DNA of 27,158 bases from a virus (Duplodnaviria; Caudoviricetes), in the IMG/VR virus record IMGVR_UViG_3300014638_000010, positions 1-27,158 of that record. One strand, written 5' to 3'. Made by a program: the position numbers and the translations under genes. Each line of letters opens with the position of its first letter. Within the stretch, counting starts at the first letter, position 1. Below the pieces are notes generated by a model, which searched no databases, had not been told where the DNA came from, and saw only the letters and a program-made list of their open reading frames with translations. Shown here in pieces: positions 15,976 through 23,415 of this stretch.

Positions 15976-18216
15976 TTATTGTGGCGCACCTACTGGGCCA
16001 GCCGGGGTGGAGACGGCACCGTTCGGATTCTCCGGAGGGTTCAGCGGATTGGGCGGGAGCACTGCGGGCCCAACACTCGCCGGCGGCTGCCCGGGCTGCT
16101 GCTGTCCATTTTGCTGCTGCGCCTGAATCTGCTGGATTGCCTGTTGAGCCATGGCCGCGAGCGCCTGTTTGTGCCGTTTCTGCCGCTCGTGCGCCACGAT
16201 ATGAGCCAGAATGGCCTTTTCCGCCCGGGGATCTCGGCGCGCCGCCGGCTGGTCGCACTCGTAATCGTAGCGTTTCCGATGATCGAGCATGTGGGCGTCG
16301 TCGTCGTCGAGCGGATGCACCTGCACGTCCTCGCCCTTGAGGATCTCCGACCACTCGTCTTTCGGGTCCTGCGGGTTACCGGGATCGGGCGGGCATGGAA
16401 TGATCTCGCCGAGCGTGCCGACTCCCATGGCCGTCCAGACCTTGTCGAGCAGAAGCCACAACGCGCGCGGATTCTGCTGCACAATCGGGTTCTGCATCGC
16501 GAGCCCGTAAAGTTGCAACGTTTCCGCTTTTTTCGCCTCTTTTGACCAAACAGTCGTGGCGAACTTCAGCTGGAAGTCGAAACCGTGCTCGCGTTCTTCC
16601 GGCATCAGCTTCGCAAAGCCGCTCGGGCCCTCGGCGAAATCGAGCGGGTCATCGCCGGTCACCCGGAAGAAAACCTCGCCGTCGTTGAACTCCCGGTCCA
16701 GCTCGAAGAGCTGCTCGAGCATGACGCTGAGATCGTCGCGCAGCACCGAGAAATCGAGCTCGATGCGGGTGTTCGCGCCCTGCGCGAGAAGCGCCTGGCC
16801 GGCCGCGGTGCGCGGCGCGTTCGGACGATCGATTGACTGCCCGAGCGTCTGGTCGTTGTCTCCCGAGACCTTCTCGGCCATCGTCTGAAGCGCCTGCGCG
16901 TTCTGTTCGCAAAACTCCAGGTTGGCGTTGAAGCTGACGACGTTCACCCCCTTCGGGTCCTCCGTCGCGACGGCGGTGTCGGGCTCATAAACGAACTTGT
17001 CCGGATTGAAAGATCCCGAACTCGGCCGGTAGAAGATCACGGGCCCGACGCTGAACTTGCCGGCACGCTCGAACAGCGCGTAATTCGCGGTGCTTTTATC
17101 CTGGAGACGTTCGATCATCTCGCCGAGGCCCGGGCCCCAGTACGAGCCGTCCTTCACCAGGCTCAGGTCGACGAAGGGATCGCGCCGGCGCATTGTTGGG
17201 AACGCGTCGCGCAAGTCCTGGATGCCGACGACCAGGTTGCCGAGCAAAGGCAGGATGCTCACGACGATCTCGGAATCGGATGACTGTCGGCGATCGATGT
17301 TCTCCACGCGGCCGTCTTGCTTGCCCTTCAAAAAGCGCCATTTGCCGTACCATTCCCACAATTCCACGCTGTTTCTGGTTCCGAGCACGTTCGCGTAACT
17401 GACGCCCTCCGCCTGGTCGGCGCTGATCTTTTCCCAGTCCCAGGTGTAATTGCGCTCCTGCCGGGATTGCGAGGCGCGGTAGATTGTCTCCCAGTTCGCG
17501 CGCACGCCCTGGTAGAGCCCGCGGCTCTCGCCATCGAGCAGGTCCTGCGGCGTGATGCGGCGCCGGCGAATCTTCCAATCGAAATCGCCCACACAGTTCG
17601 CGCCATCCTGCGCCGGGAGCACGATCTCGGAGGGCCAGAGCGGGATCAGTTTCGGGCCGTCATAAACGATCTGCTCGACGTCGATCTTGCCGCGGCCGAC
17701 ATCCTCCCAGCGGGCCTTCGTCTTCGCGATCATCGCCATCGTCTTGGCGTTTTTGTCCATCCGCTGCCAGAAGAAATCCTGCTCGTAAGGCATAAAGGCA
17801 TGCGCACGACCGAAGAGAACCGTCCGGAAGGTCCACGCGGCGAAGCTCGGAACGCCGCGCATGTATTCAAACAGGCGCCACGTCATGTATTTGCCGACCT
17901 TGGCCGCGATCTTCTCGTCCGCGCCTGGTCCGGAGGGTTTCGCGATGATCTCGGCGTCGTCTCCCAGAAGGGCCTGCATAATGCGCGACCAGTGCGCGAA
18001 CGTCACCCACTTCATCATCGGAACTTGCAGCTGCTCGGGGTACTTGTTGGTCGCTAGGCCGCGCCACATCCGGTAGTACCGGACGAAGCGCTCCATCCGC
18101 ATGTCATGGTTCGACTGGGCCGACAGGAAGTCCAGCCAAATCGCGTCGCGCAGCCGGTTCGATTCGGTCTCCGAAACGACGATCTGCCGGTAAGTTAGCG
18201 GGTCTTGGGGTTCCAC
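15976..18216 (-). CDS. Portal protein (large, P22/podovirus-like)
   Basis: 746 aa after the terminase; YWGPGLGEM, PRTA...LL and DD.AHM..H segments, with a Gln/Pro-rich tail. Confidence 0.85.
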   Translation of the reverse strand: MEPQDPLTYRQIVVSETESNRLRDAIWLDFLSAQSNHDMRMERFVRYYRMWRGLATNKYPEQLQVPMMKWVTFAHWSRIMQALLGDDAEIIAKPSGPGADEKIAAKVGKYMTWRLFEYMRGVPSFAAWTFRTVLFGRAHAFMPYEQDFFWQRMDKNAKTMAMIAKTKARWEDVGRGKIDVEQIVYDGPKLIPLWPSEIVLPAQDGANCVGDFDWKIRRRRITPQDLLDGESRGLYQGVRANWETIYRASQSRQERNYTWDWEKISADQAEGVSYANVLGTRNSVELWEWYGKWRFLKGKQDGRVENIDRRQSSDSEIVVSILPLLGNLVVGIQDLRDAFPTMRRRDPFVDLSLVKDGSYWGPGLGEMIERLQDKSTANYALFERAGKFSVGPVIFYRPSSGSFNPDKFVYEPDTAVATEDPKGVNVVSFNANLEFCEQNAQALQTMAEKVSGDNDQTLGQSIDRPNAPRTAAGQALLAQGANTRIELDFSVLRDDLSVMLEQLFELDREFNDGEVFFRVTGDDPLDFAEGPSGFAKLMPEEREHGFDFQLKFATTVWSKEAKKAETLQLYGLAMQNPIVQQNPRALWLLLDKVWTAMGVGTLGEIIPCPPDPGNPQDPKDEWSEILKGEDVQVHPLDDDDAHMLDHRKRYDYECDQPAARRDPRAEKAILAHIVAHERQKRHKQALAAMAQQAIQQIQAQQQNGQQQPGQPPASVGPAVLPPNPLNPPENPNGAVSTPAGPVGAPQ

Positions 18217-18227
18217 TCGCTTTAAGA

Positions 18228-18233
18228 ATTGCC
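18228..18233 (-). promoter_or_regulatory. GGCAAT(TC) putative late -10 element, 11 nt before the portal GTG
   Basis: GGGCAATTCTTAAAGCGA-GTG; no SD; no convincing -35. Confidence 0.5.
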
Positions 18234-18326
18234 CTGCCTTCAGGCGTGCGAGTGGCCGCGGACCGCTCCTCGGGAGTTGGCTTGTGGGCTGGCCTCAGGA
18301 ACTTCGCGCGCAAGATTCCTGGACCC

Positions 18327-20042
18327 TCAGTCATCGTCGTCTTTCCTCGGCTGTCCGTATCTTACAACCCCCGGACGGTGACCGCTCGGCAGCCGGTTGT
18401 CGACGTACGGAGCGGGGTGCCGCGGGTAGTACCTGCGCATCATTTTGCAAAACGCGTGCGCGAGAACCGTGTCGTCGTGACCGCCCGCTTGCGCTTCGGC
18501 TTTGCCGTTTGGCTTGATAACGAACTTGTAGTGCTCGTCGAGGGCGACGGCTGAGTGAATCATGCTGGTGCCCTCGCGGATCGCGTCGTCGACGGCCGAG
18601 ACCAGCCACAGCCGGGATTCGCCGGTGGTCTGCCATCCGATCTCTTCGGGCTGCGCACTCCTGCGGTCGGTCGGATCCCGCCTTCGGTTGAACAGAAGCT
18701 CGACGCGATAGAACTGGACGAGAGCATCGATGAAGCCCGGGTCGTTGGCTTCCGGGCACAAATAGGCCCAGTTGTACCATTGGCACAAGAGCGCCGAGTA
18801 CTCCGCGAAAGCGTGCGGCCGCAGCCGATCGCGTAGCATCGCTACTTGCTCGCCAGTGTCGAAGTCCTCCACCCACATCACGGCATAATCCGGATCCATG
18901 CCCTTTCGGTCCGGCGAAACGTCGATGCCGTGCGAGGGATCGGCGCCGGCGCAGTAACGCCGCCCGGCTTCCGGCATTCTCCATACCGTCAACGCGCCGA
19001 ACTCCCGGGGATGAAAGCGCGTTTTTTGCCGCGGGAACTCCTCGACGACCTCGATCTCTCCGCTGATGCCAGCCGTGATCACCATGCGCGAAAGCGCCGG
19101 ATGGTCGAATCGAGGGCGACCGGACGCCAGGAACGCTTCCTGGGGCGTCGTCGGGTACTCCTGGTGGAAGATCTCGACGCGGCCACGGCACTCGGTCGAA
19201 ATCTTGAGCCGGCGCCACGCGAGCTGCTCCAGCGTCGCGCCATGCACGGACATCAGGACCTTTTCTTCCTTGTCGAGGCTCGCCATTAGTCGGACGGGAT
19301 CGTCCACGGGGATTCGATACGGCGTGTGCTCCAGCCAACCAAAGAACAGGAAGCGCCAGCCGGATTCATTCAACGGATCCATGGCTTTCTGGCAAAGATC
19401 GTAGAACTCGCCGCCGATGCCGTTTGCGGTGCTCTGCACGATCACCATGGTCCCCGGCATCCCCGAGGGCACCATATTCAGCACCCCGGTCAACGTCGTC
19501 GCCGGATCGCGCCAGAACGCCGCCTCATCGCACAGCACGTCCTGCCGCCCGCCGCCGCGGAGCTCGCCCTTGTCCGCGGAAAGGACCTCGAGCGAGGCCT
19601 TCGACTCCCACCGCATGTTCATGTCGGTGTCGCGTTCAAGCGCCGGCTGCTTCAGCGCCTTTCCATGCACAGTGAACGGCACGTAGTTGGCTTGGAAGGC
19701 CTGCAAATAGCCGAACGCTTCGAGTCCCGCAGGCTTGTAATTGTCGGCAACGATAAGGCCCTTGCGCCCGGGCCACGTGATCGCGTTCTTGAACATCGCG
19801 GCGCACACGCCCGCGGTAAAGTTCGAGCGCCGAGTCTTCAAGACCACAAGGCGAACCGCTTTGTTCTTTTCCCGTTGCTCCCGGATCGTGTTGAACAGCT
19901 TGATCTGTCCGGGCCGCGGGTTCATTTTCACCAGATGACCGGATTCGTCGCGAATCTGGAGAGCCTCCCGACAAAACCGCGCATCGTCGGCGACGGCGTC
20001 CAGGAAGTCCTGCTGCTGACGGTAGCTCAGGGTGACGCTCAT
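18327..20042 (-). CDS. terL: Terminase large subunit
   Basis: Q motif, VLKTRR (Walker-A variant), VLCDEAAF (Walker B), QSTANG, EYPTTPQEAF, GADPS and HDDTVLA nuclease motifs. Confidence 0.95.
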   Translation of the reverse strand: MSVTLSYRQQQDFLDAVADDARFCREALQIRDESGHLVKMNPRPGQIKLFNTIREQREKNKAVRLVVLKTRRSNFTAGVCAAMFKNAITWPGRKGLIVADNYKPAGLEAFGYLQAFQANYVPFTVHGKALKQPALERDTDMNMRWESKASLEVLSADKGELRGGGRQDVLCDEAAFWRDPATTLTGVLNMVPSGMPGTMVIVQSTANGIGGEFYDLCQKAMDPLNESGWRFLFFGWLEHTPYRIPVDDPVRLMASLDKEEKVLMSVHGATLEQLAWRRLKISTECRGRVEIFHQEYPTTPQEAFLASGRPRFDHPALSRMVITAGISGEIEVVEEFPRQKTRFHPREFGALTVWRMPEAGRRYCAGADPSHGIDVSPDRKGMDPDYAVMWVEDFDTGEQVAMLRDRLRPHAFAEYSALLCQWYNWAYLCPEANDPGFIDALVQFYRVELLFNRRRDPTDRRSAQPEEIGWQTTGESRLWLVSAVDDAIREGTSMIHSAVALDEHYKFVIKPNGKAEAQAGGHDDTVLAHAFCKMMRRYYPRHPAPYVDNRLPSGHRPGVVRYGQPRKDDDD

Positions 20043-20587
20043 TGCCCTTTCTTCAAGAGCCGCAGGCCGGCAGCGAGCGCGCGCTGTAGCTTTTCGGCCG
20101 GCACGCCGGTCAGCTCAGCCAGCTGGGGAATCGCTGTCGATTCCAGATGAACGCGCCGGACCACATAGGCCGAAAACTGCATCTGAGTGGGAAAGCCGGC
20201 TAGGCGCCGCGCCACTTCTCGCAGCTGCGCGAGCTCACGCCTCCGGTTCCGCTGATCCGCAAGCCGTTTCTCGTATTGGTCGGCTGGATCGCTGTAGGTT
20301 GCCGGCACGCTTGTCCCTAGGGGTTCATTGGTCGCCTCGGTGTAATGCTTCCGCCGCACGCTCATCAGGCAGGCACCGCGGACCGCCAGGTAGGCGAAGC
20401 CGCGGACGTTATCGTTCAGCTTCGGATCATACCGGTCGAGCTGGCGCCACAGCTCGAGGGCCGCTTCCTGTTCAAGATCCTCCGGTGCGAAAGACGGAGG
20501 GAGCTGCGAGGCGACGCGCCGGGCGACCAGCTTGGACCATTCCAGGTGCTCCTCGAAGAGGCGCTGGCGTTCCTCAATCGAGAGCAT
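20039..20587 (-). CDS. Sigma-70-family sigma factor (FliA/WhiG-like region 2, short)
   Basis: HL..SKLVARRV...LPPSF..EDLEQEAAL.L....DRYDP....RGFAY..VRGA....RR, plus a C-terminal HTH (IPQLAELTGV). Confidence 0.85.
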   Translation of the reverse strand: MLSIEERQRLFEEHLEWSKLVARRVASQLPPSFAPEDLEQEAALELWRQLDRYDPKLNDNVRGFAYLAVRGACLMSVRRKHYTEATNEPLGTSVPATYSDPADQYEKRLADQRNRRRELAQLREVARRLAGFPTQMQFSAYVVRRVHLESTAIPQLAELTGVPAEKLQRALAAGLRLLKKGQ

Positions 20588-20590
20588 GCG

Positions 20591-20824
20591 CTATTCGTAC
20601 ACCCGCTGCGTCTTCATGTCCCGGTATCGGATTTCCGGAAATGGCGACGCCGTCAGCCATTTTCCCAGCTCTTGTCGATCGTTCCAGCTCGGTTCGTCAC
20701 GAAACGCCGCAATGATTACGCCGCCGTCGACATCCGCGTAAAGCCGCACACGGTTTCCACTCGCGGTCTTGTAGCCGAAGATACCCGTCCAGCCGAGACG
20801 GACCCATTTCCACCAGCGCCTCAT
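20591..20824 (-). CDS. 77-aa hypothetical protein
   Basis: ATG 20824 in ATGA overlap with the small terminase stop; GGAG upstream. Confidence 0.65.
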   Translation of the reverse strand: MRRWWKWVRLGWTGIFGYKTASGNRVRLYADVDGGVIIAAFRDEPSWNDRQELGKWLTASPFPEIRYRDMKTQRVYE

Positions 20825-21273
20825 GGCGCCTTCCTCCGGGTTGCTTCCGTGAACGTCGTCAGAAGCTCGTGGAACGTAAAATCGCCCTGCATGTTGGGCG
20901 CGTCTGGCGCCGTTTGTCCTGGTCGCGGATCTGTCTCCCGGAACTTCGCGCGGGTCTTCAGCCAGAAACACACCGCCCACGGTTCCCCGCGCTCGGCCGC
21001 CAGGTAAAGCCGGTTGGCCACGACGCTGTTGGCCTTGATGCTGGCCGTCTCAAGCTCCTGCTCGAAGTGCTTCCGCAGGGTCTTGGCGTCGATGCCCTTT
21101 TCCCCGAGACATCGGGCGATCTCGACCTGAGGAATGCCGCACGCGGCCATGTTGGCCACGGTGTTACTATCAGCCTCAGTCGGTTTGAACTGGGGCTGCC
21201 CTGGTCGCTCTCGGCGGACGCGGGGTGCGCGCGCTTGCCGTTTTTGCTTTCCTGACTTCTTTGCCTTCGCCAT
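20821..21273 (-). CDS. terS: Probable terminase small subunit (HTH)
   Basis: GIPQVEIARCLG..IDAKTLRKHF..EL...AN..VAN.LY..A..G...A..FWLKTRA pattern typical of genes upstream of terL. Confidence 0.75.
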   Translation of the reverse strand: MAKAKKSGKQKRQARAPRVRRERPGQPQFKPTEADSNTVANMAACGIPQVEIARCLGEKGIDAKTLRKHFEQELETASIKANSVVANRLYLAAERGEPWAVCFWLKTRAKFRETDPRPGQTAPDAPNMQGDFTFHELLTTFTEATRRKAP

Positions 21274-21284
21274 CGGACTGTGTC

Positions 21285-21473
21285 TTGTTTACCACGGTTT
21301 CGGGCACGGATACAACAGTCTCCGGAACCTCGTCGTCCGCTGGCTTGGCGCCCATTCTCATATACCCTTGAACCTCCCGCAACTCGAAGCCCGTTCTTCG
21401 GGTAGTCGAGAGGCCGATCAATGGGCCACGATTCGATGGCGAGCTCTTTATAGACGGGAAGTATTGTCGACAC
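21285..21473 (-). pseudogene. Collapsed remnant of a ParB-N/DNA-methylase-type gene
   Basis: LAIESWPIDRPLDYPKN (ParB-like N-terminus) joined out of frame to TGFE..E.....DDEVPE..VS (linker-like segment). Confidence 0.55.
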
Positions 21474-21500
21474 GACGTTGGTGTGTACCTCGGTTCCTGT

Positions 21501-21728
21501 TCATTCTGCGCGACTTGTTGAAGATTTGTCAAGATCGCTGATAATATCAGTGGCTTCTCGAAAGCGAGCGCACAGCTCTGGAAGTGGAACGCTCGTCGCT
21601 CTTGCGATGATTGCGGCCTTCCGCAGAGCTGCGCACTTCGAACACCTTCCTTCGCCTTCGATGTGGTGCATCTTGAAATGCCCGCAGGTACACACCCCGA
21701 GTCCGCTCTGTGTGGGCCAAGTGTTCAT
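21501..21728 (-). CDS. 75-aa Cys/His metal-binding protein
   Basis: CTCGH...H.....RCSKC; ATGA overlap with the upstream ORF. Confidence 0.6.
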   Translation of the reverse strand: MNTWPTQSGLGVCTCGHFKMHHIEGEGRCSKCAALRKAAIIARATSVPLPELCARFREATDIISDLDKSSTSRAE

Positions 21729-22030
21729 CGTTTGGATTTGCCTTTCTTTGACTCCGTCGAGCTCTGGAGGGCCGCGCGCTCTCCGTGGGCGGATGCGAGC
21801 TCCTCGGCCTGCCGCCAGCTGAGGATCTCTTCGGGCTCGTGCATGGACGCTCGGACGCGAAAACCGCCCGGGATCACCCAGACGATCCGAAATGGCGCGT
21901 GTGGTTGCCCGGCAATCGCGAGCACGGCCACCGTGATCCGAACTTCGCGCTGCGTCCGCGATTCAAAGGGCCGACGTCTTTCAAGCAATGCCGCGGCTAT
22001 TCTCTTCGTCTTCGAAGATCTAACAGACAT
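21725..22030 (-). CDS. 101-aa basic hypothetical protein
   Basis: On the coding strand and coupled to the next gene; start uncertain, no SD. Confidence 0.5.
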   Translation of the reverse strand: MSVRSSKTKRIAAALLERRRPFESRTQREVRITVAVLAIAGQPHAPFRIVWVIPGGFRVRASMHEPEEILSWRQAEELASAHGERAALQSSTESKKGKSKR

Positions 22031-22039
22031 ATGAACCTA

Positions 22040-22297
22040 TAGGAATAACAGGCTTTGTGGAAAAGTGGAAAACCGATCGATCCTGCTGACCTCGTGAGGC
22101 TTGTGCGTTGCGTTTCCTGTGCATCCCGCTGTGGAAGACCCTGCAAAAACAGTTGGTCCGGGAGTTTCCCACAGCCTTCCACAGGCCGAAATCGAGAAGT
22201 TATCCACCGGCTGTGAAAAACGATAAGTAAACTTATCATTCCCCAGGACTTGCGAAGTGGGGCGCGCTCGGAGCCCTGTGCATAAGCTTGTGAATTT
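22040..22297. other. oriC-like DnaA-box cluster with DnaA-trio-like element
   Basis: TTWTNCACA matches: exact at 22056-64, 22212-20, 22277-85; one mismatch at 22064-72, 22130-38, 22165-73, 22200-08; two mismatches at 22118-26, 22175-83, 22289-97; trios TAG GAA TAA CAG at 22040-51. Confidence 0.8.
22222..22237. repeat. Inverted repeat GATAAG-TAAA-CTTATC within the DnaA-box cluster
   Basis: Perfect 6-bp arms with a 4-bp spacer. Confidence 0.65.
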
Positions 22298-22530
22298 CAA
22301 TAGTGCCCCGATTTGCGCGCCGTCCTCTGTCTTCCGAGGGAAAGCGATTCCGCGCCGCTTCCGGAGCTCGCGAAAACGTCCTCGCGGCTGAGCGTTAGCC
22401 GCACGCGTTCGAAGCCACCGCAGTGCGCCAGCGGGTCGCCGCCATTCTTACTGCCTTTCGGCCTTCCCGGCCGCTTGATCTTCCTCTGCGTGGGCGCCGC
22501 GCCTATGGCTTCGGCGATGACTTTTCGCAC
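22297..22530 (-). CDS. Small AT-hook-containing basic protein
   Basis: KRPGRPKGSKN motif; GAGGAGG upstream of the GTG. Confidence 0.65.
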   Translation of the reverse strand: MRKVIAEAIGAAPTQRKIKRPGRPKGSKNGGDPLAHCGGFERVRLTLSREDVFASSGSGAESLSLGRQRTARKSGHY

Positions 22531-22733
22531 TCGGGCTGTTCCTCCTCAATTAGACTGGGTTGCTCGCCGTCCATCCGCGCGTAGGACGTTGGGTTCTCGC
22601 AGACCCGATGGCGGACGCGTCCGTCTTCCCCGAAAAAATACTTGTGGCGGGTACCGATCGGCTTGCCGCAGTCGGCGCAGCGACGTTTTGCGGCCTTCAC
22701 GATGCTCTGGCCGCACGTTGGGCAGTGCGTCAA
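22503..22733 (-). CDS. Small zinc-finger protein
   Basis: CPTC, CADCGKPI...H..C; TTGA overlap. Confidence 0.65.
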   Translation of the reverse strand: MTHCPTCGQSIVKAAKRRCADCGKPIGTRHKYFFGEDGRVRHRVCENPTSYARMDGEQPSLIEEEQPECEKSSPKP

Positions 22734-22999
22734 TTGGCTAAGCTCCGCCTGGCATTCAACCTCAGCCTCCTGGCCTCCAATGCTTTGCTGAGATCCAGAC
22801 AGTAGGCCGCGGTATTTGTGGCCGCACGTCGAATGTCCGCAGCACGCGCATCCGCGCTCTTTGGCTCCCCAAGCACCCAGGAGAGCGCTCCCAACAGCCC
22901 CAAGCTAAATTGCGGGGGCTTAAGTCCCGCGTCGAGGGACTCCAAGATCATCTGGGCGATCGCTTCGCACCGCGCCTCGATTTCGTCTTCGTTTCTCAT
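22730..22999 (-). CDS. 89-aa helical hypothetical protein
   Basis: Start revised to ATG 22999 (ATGA overlap); ALSWVLGE motif. Confidence 0.7.
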   Translation of the reverse strand: MRNEDEIEARCEAIAQMILESLDAGLKPPQFSLGLLGALSWVLGEPKSADARAADIRRAATNTAAYCLDLSKALEARRLRLNARRSLAN

Positions 23000-23415
23000 A
23001 TTCTCCGCCGTATCAAACTGCTGCCCCGATAGAAAGCCTGAAAGCCTGAAATCGTTGCCGGGAAATCCACGCCCGCAAGCAGGACGAGGAAGCCGCGGCT
23101 TCTCTCCGCCTCGATCCACTCCAGTTGGTGCGCGGCAGCCTTGCCCTTCAGCTTCTTCCATTCGATCCACAGCAGCTCTGCCACTGCCGAGGGAGGCAAC
23201 CACGCAAGGCGTGGATCACGGGGCGTCGGCCGCCGATACTGACGGTCGGCCATGCCTTTTTCGCCGAAGCCCTTGCCCCATTCCCGGCGGGAGACTGGGT
23301 CCGTCTTTAAGGCGTACCAGCCGTCAAGTTGCAGCCATTCAGTGCAGGTTTGCTCGAGCTGCGCTTCGCTGACCAGGTCGTCGGCCGTGATCGGCTTCCG
23401 CGTTTTCCTAGTCAT
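22996..23415 (-). CDS. VRR-NUC-like PD-(D/E)xK nuclease / resolvase-like protein
   Basis: Start revised to ATG 23415; SE..LE..C..WL...GW, GMAD, WIEWK..KGK....Q..W. Confidence 0.75.
   Translation of the reverse strand: MTRKTRKPITADDLVSEAQLEQTCTEWLQLDGWYALKTDPVSRREWGKGFGEKGMADRQYRRPTPRDPRLAWLPPSAVAELLWIEWKKLKGKAAAHQLEWIEAERSRGFLVLLAGVDFPATISGFQAFYRGSSLIRRRI

Noticed and set aside
18104-18334. 76-aa ORF between terL and portal, or a frameshifted portal extension
   Set aside because: Overlaps the portal by 113 nt and no slippery site is evident; the gap is explained by a putative promoter. Left uncalled rather than disproved
21997-22300. Minus-strand ORFs 22037..22300 and 21997..22239
   Set aside because: Their SQPVDNF/CGKL/FSTFPQ-type peptides are what DnaA-box arrays produce when translated; better explained as non-coding, although the TTGA overlap means the first is not fully excluded
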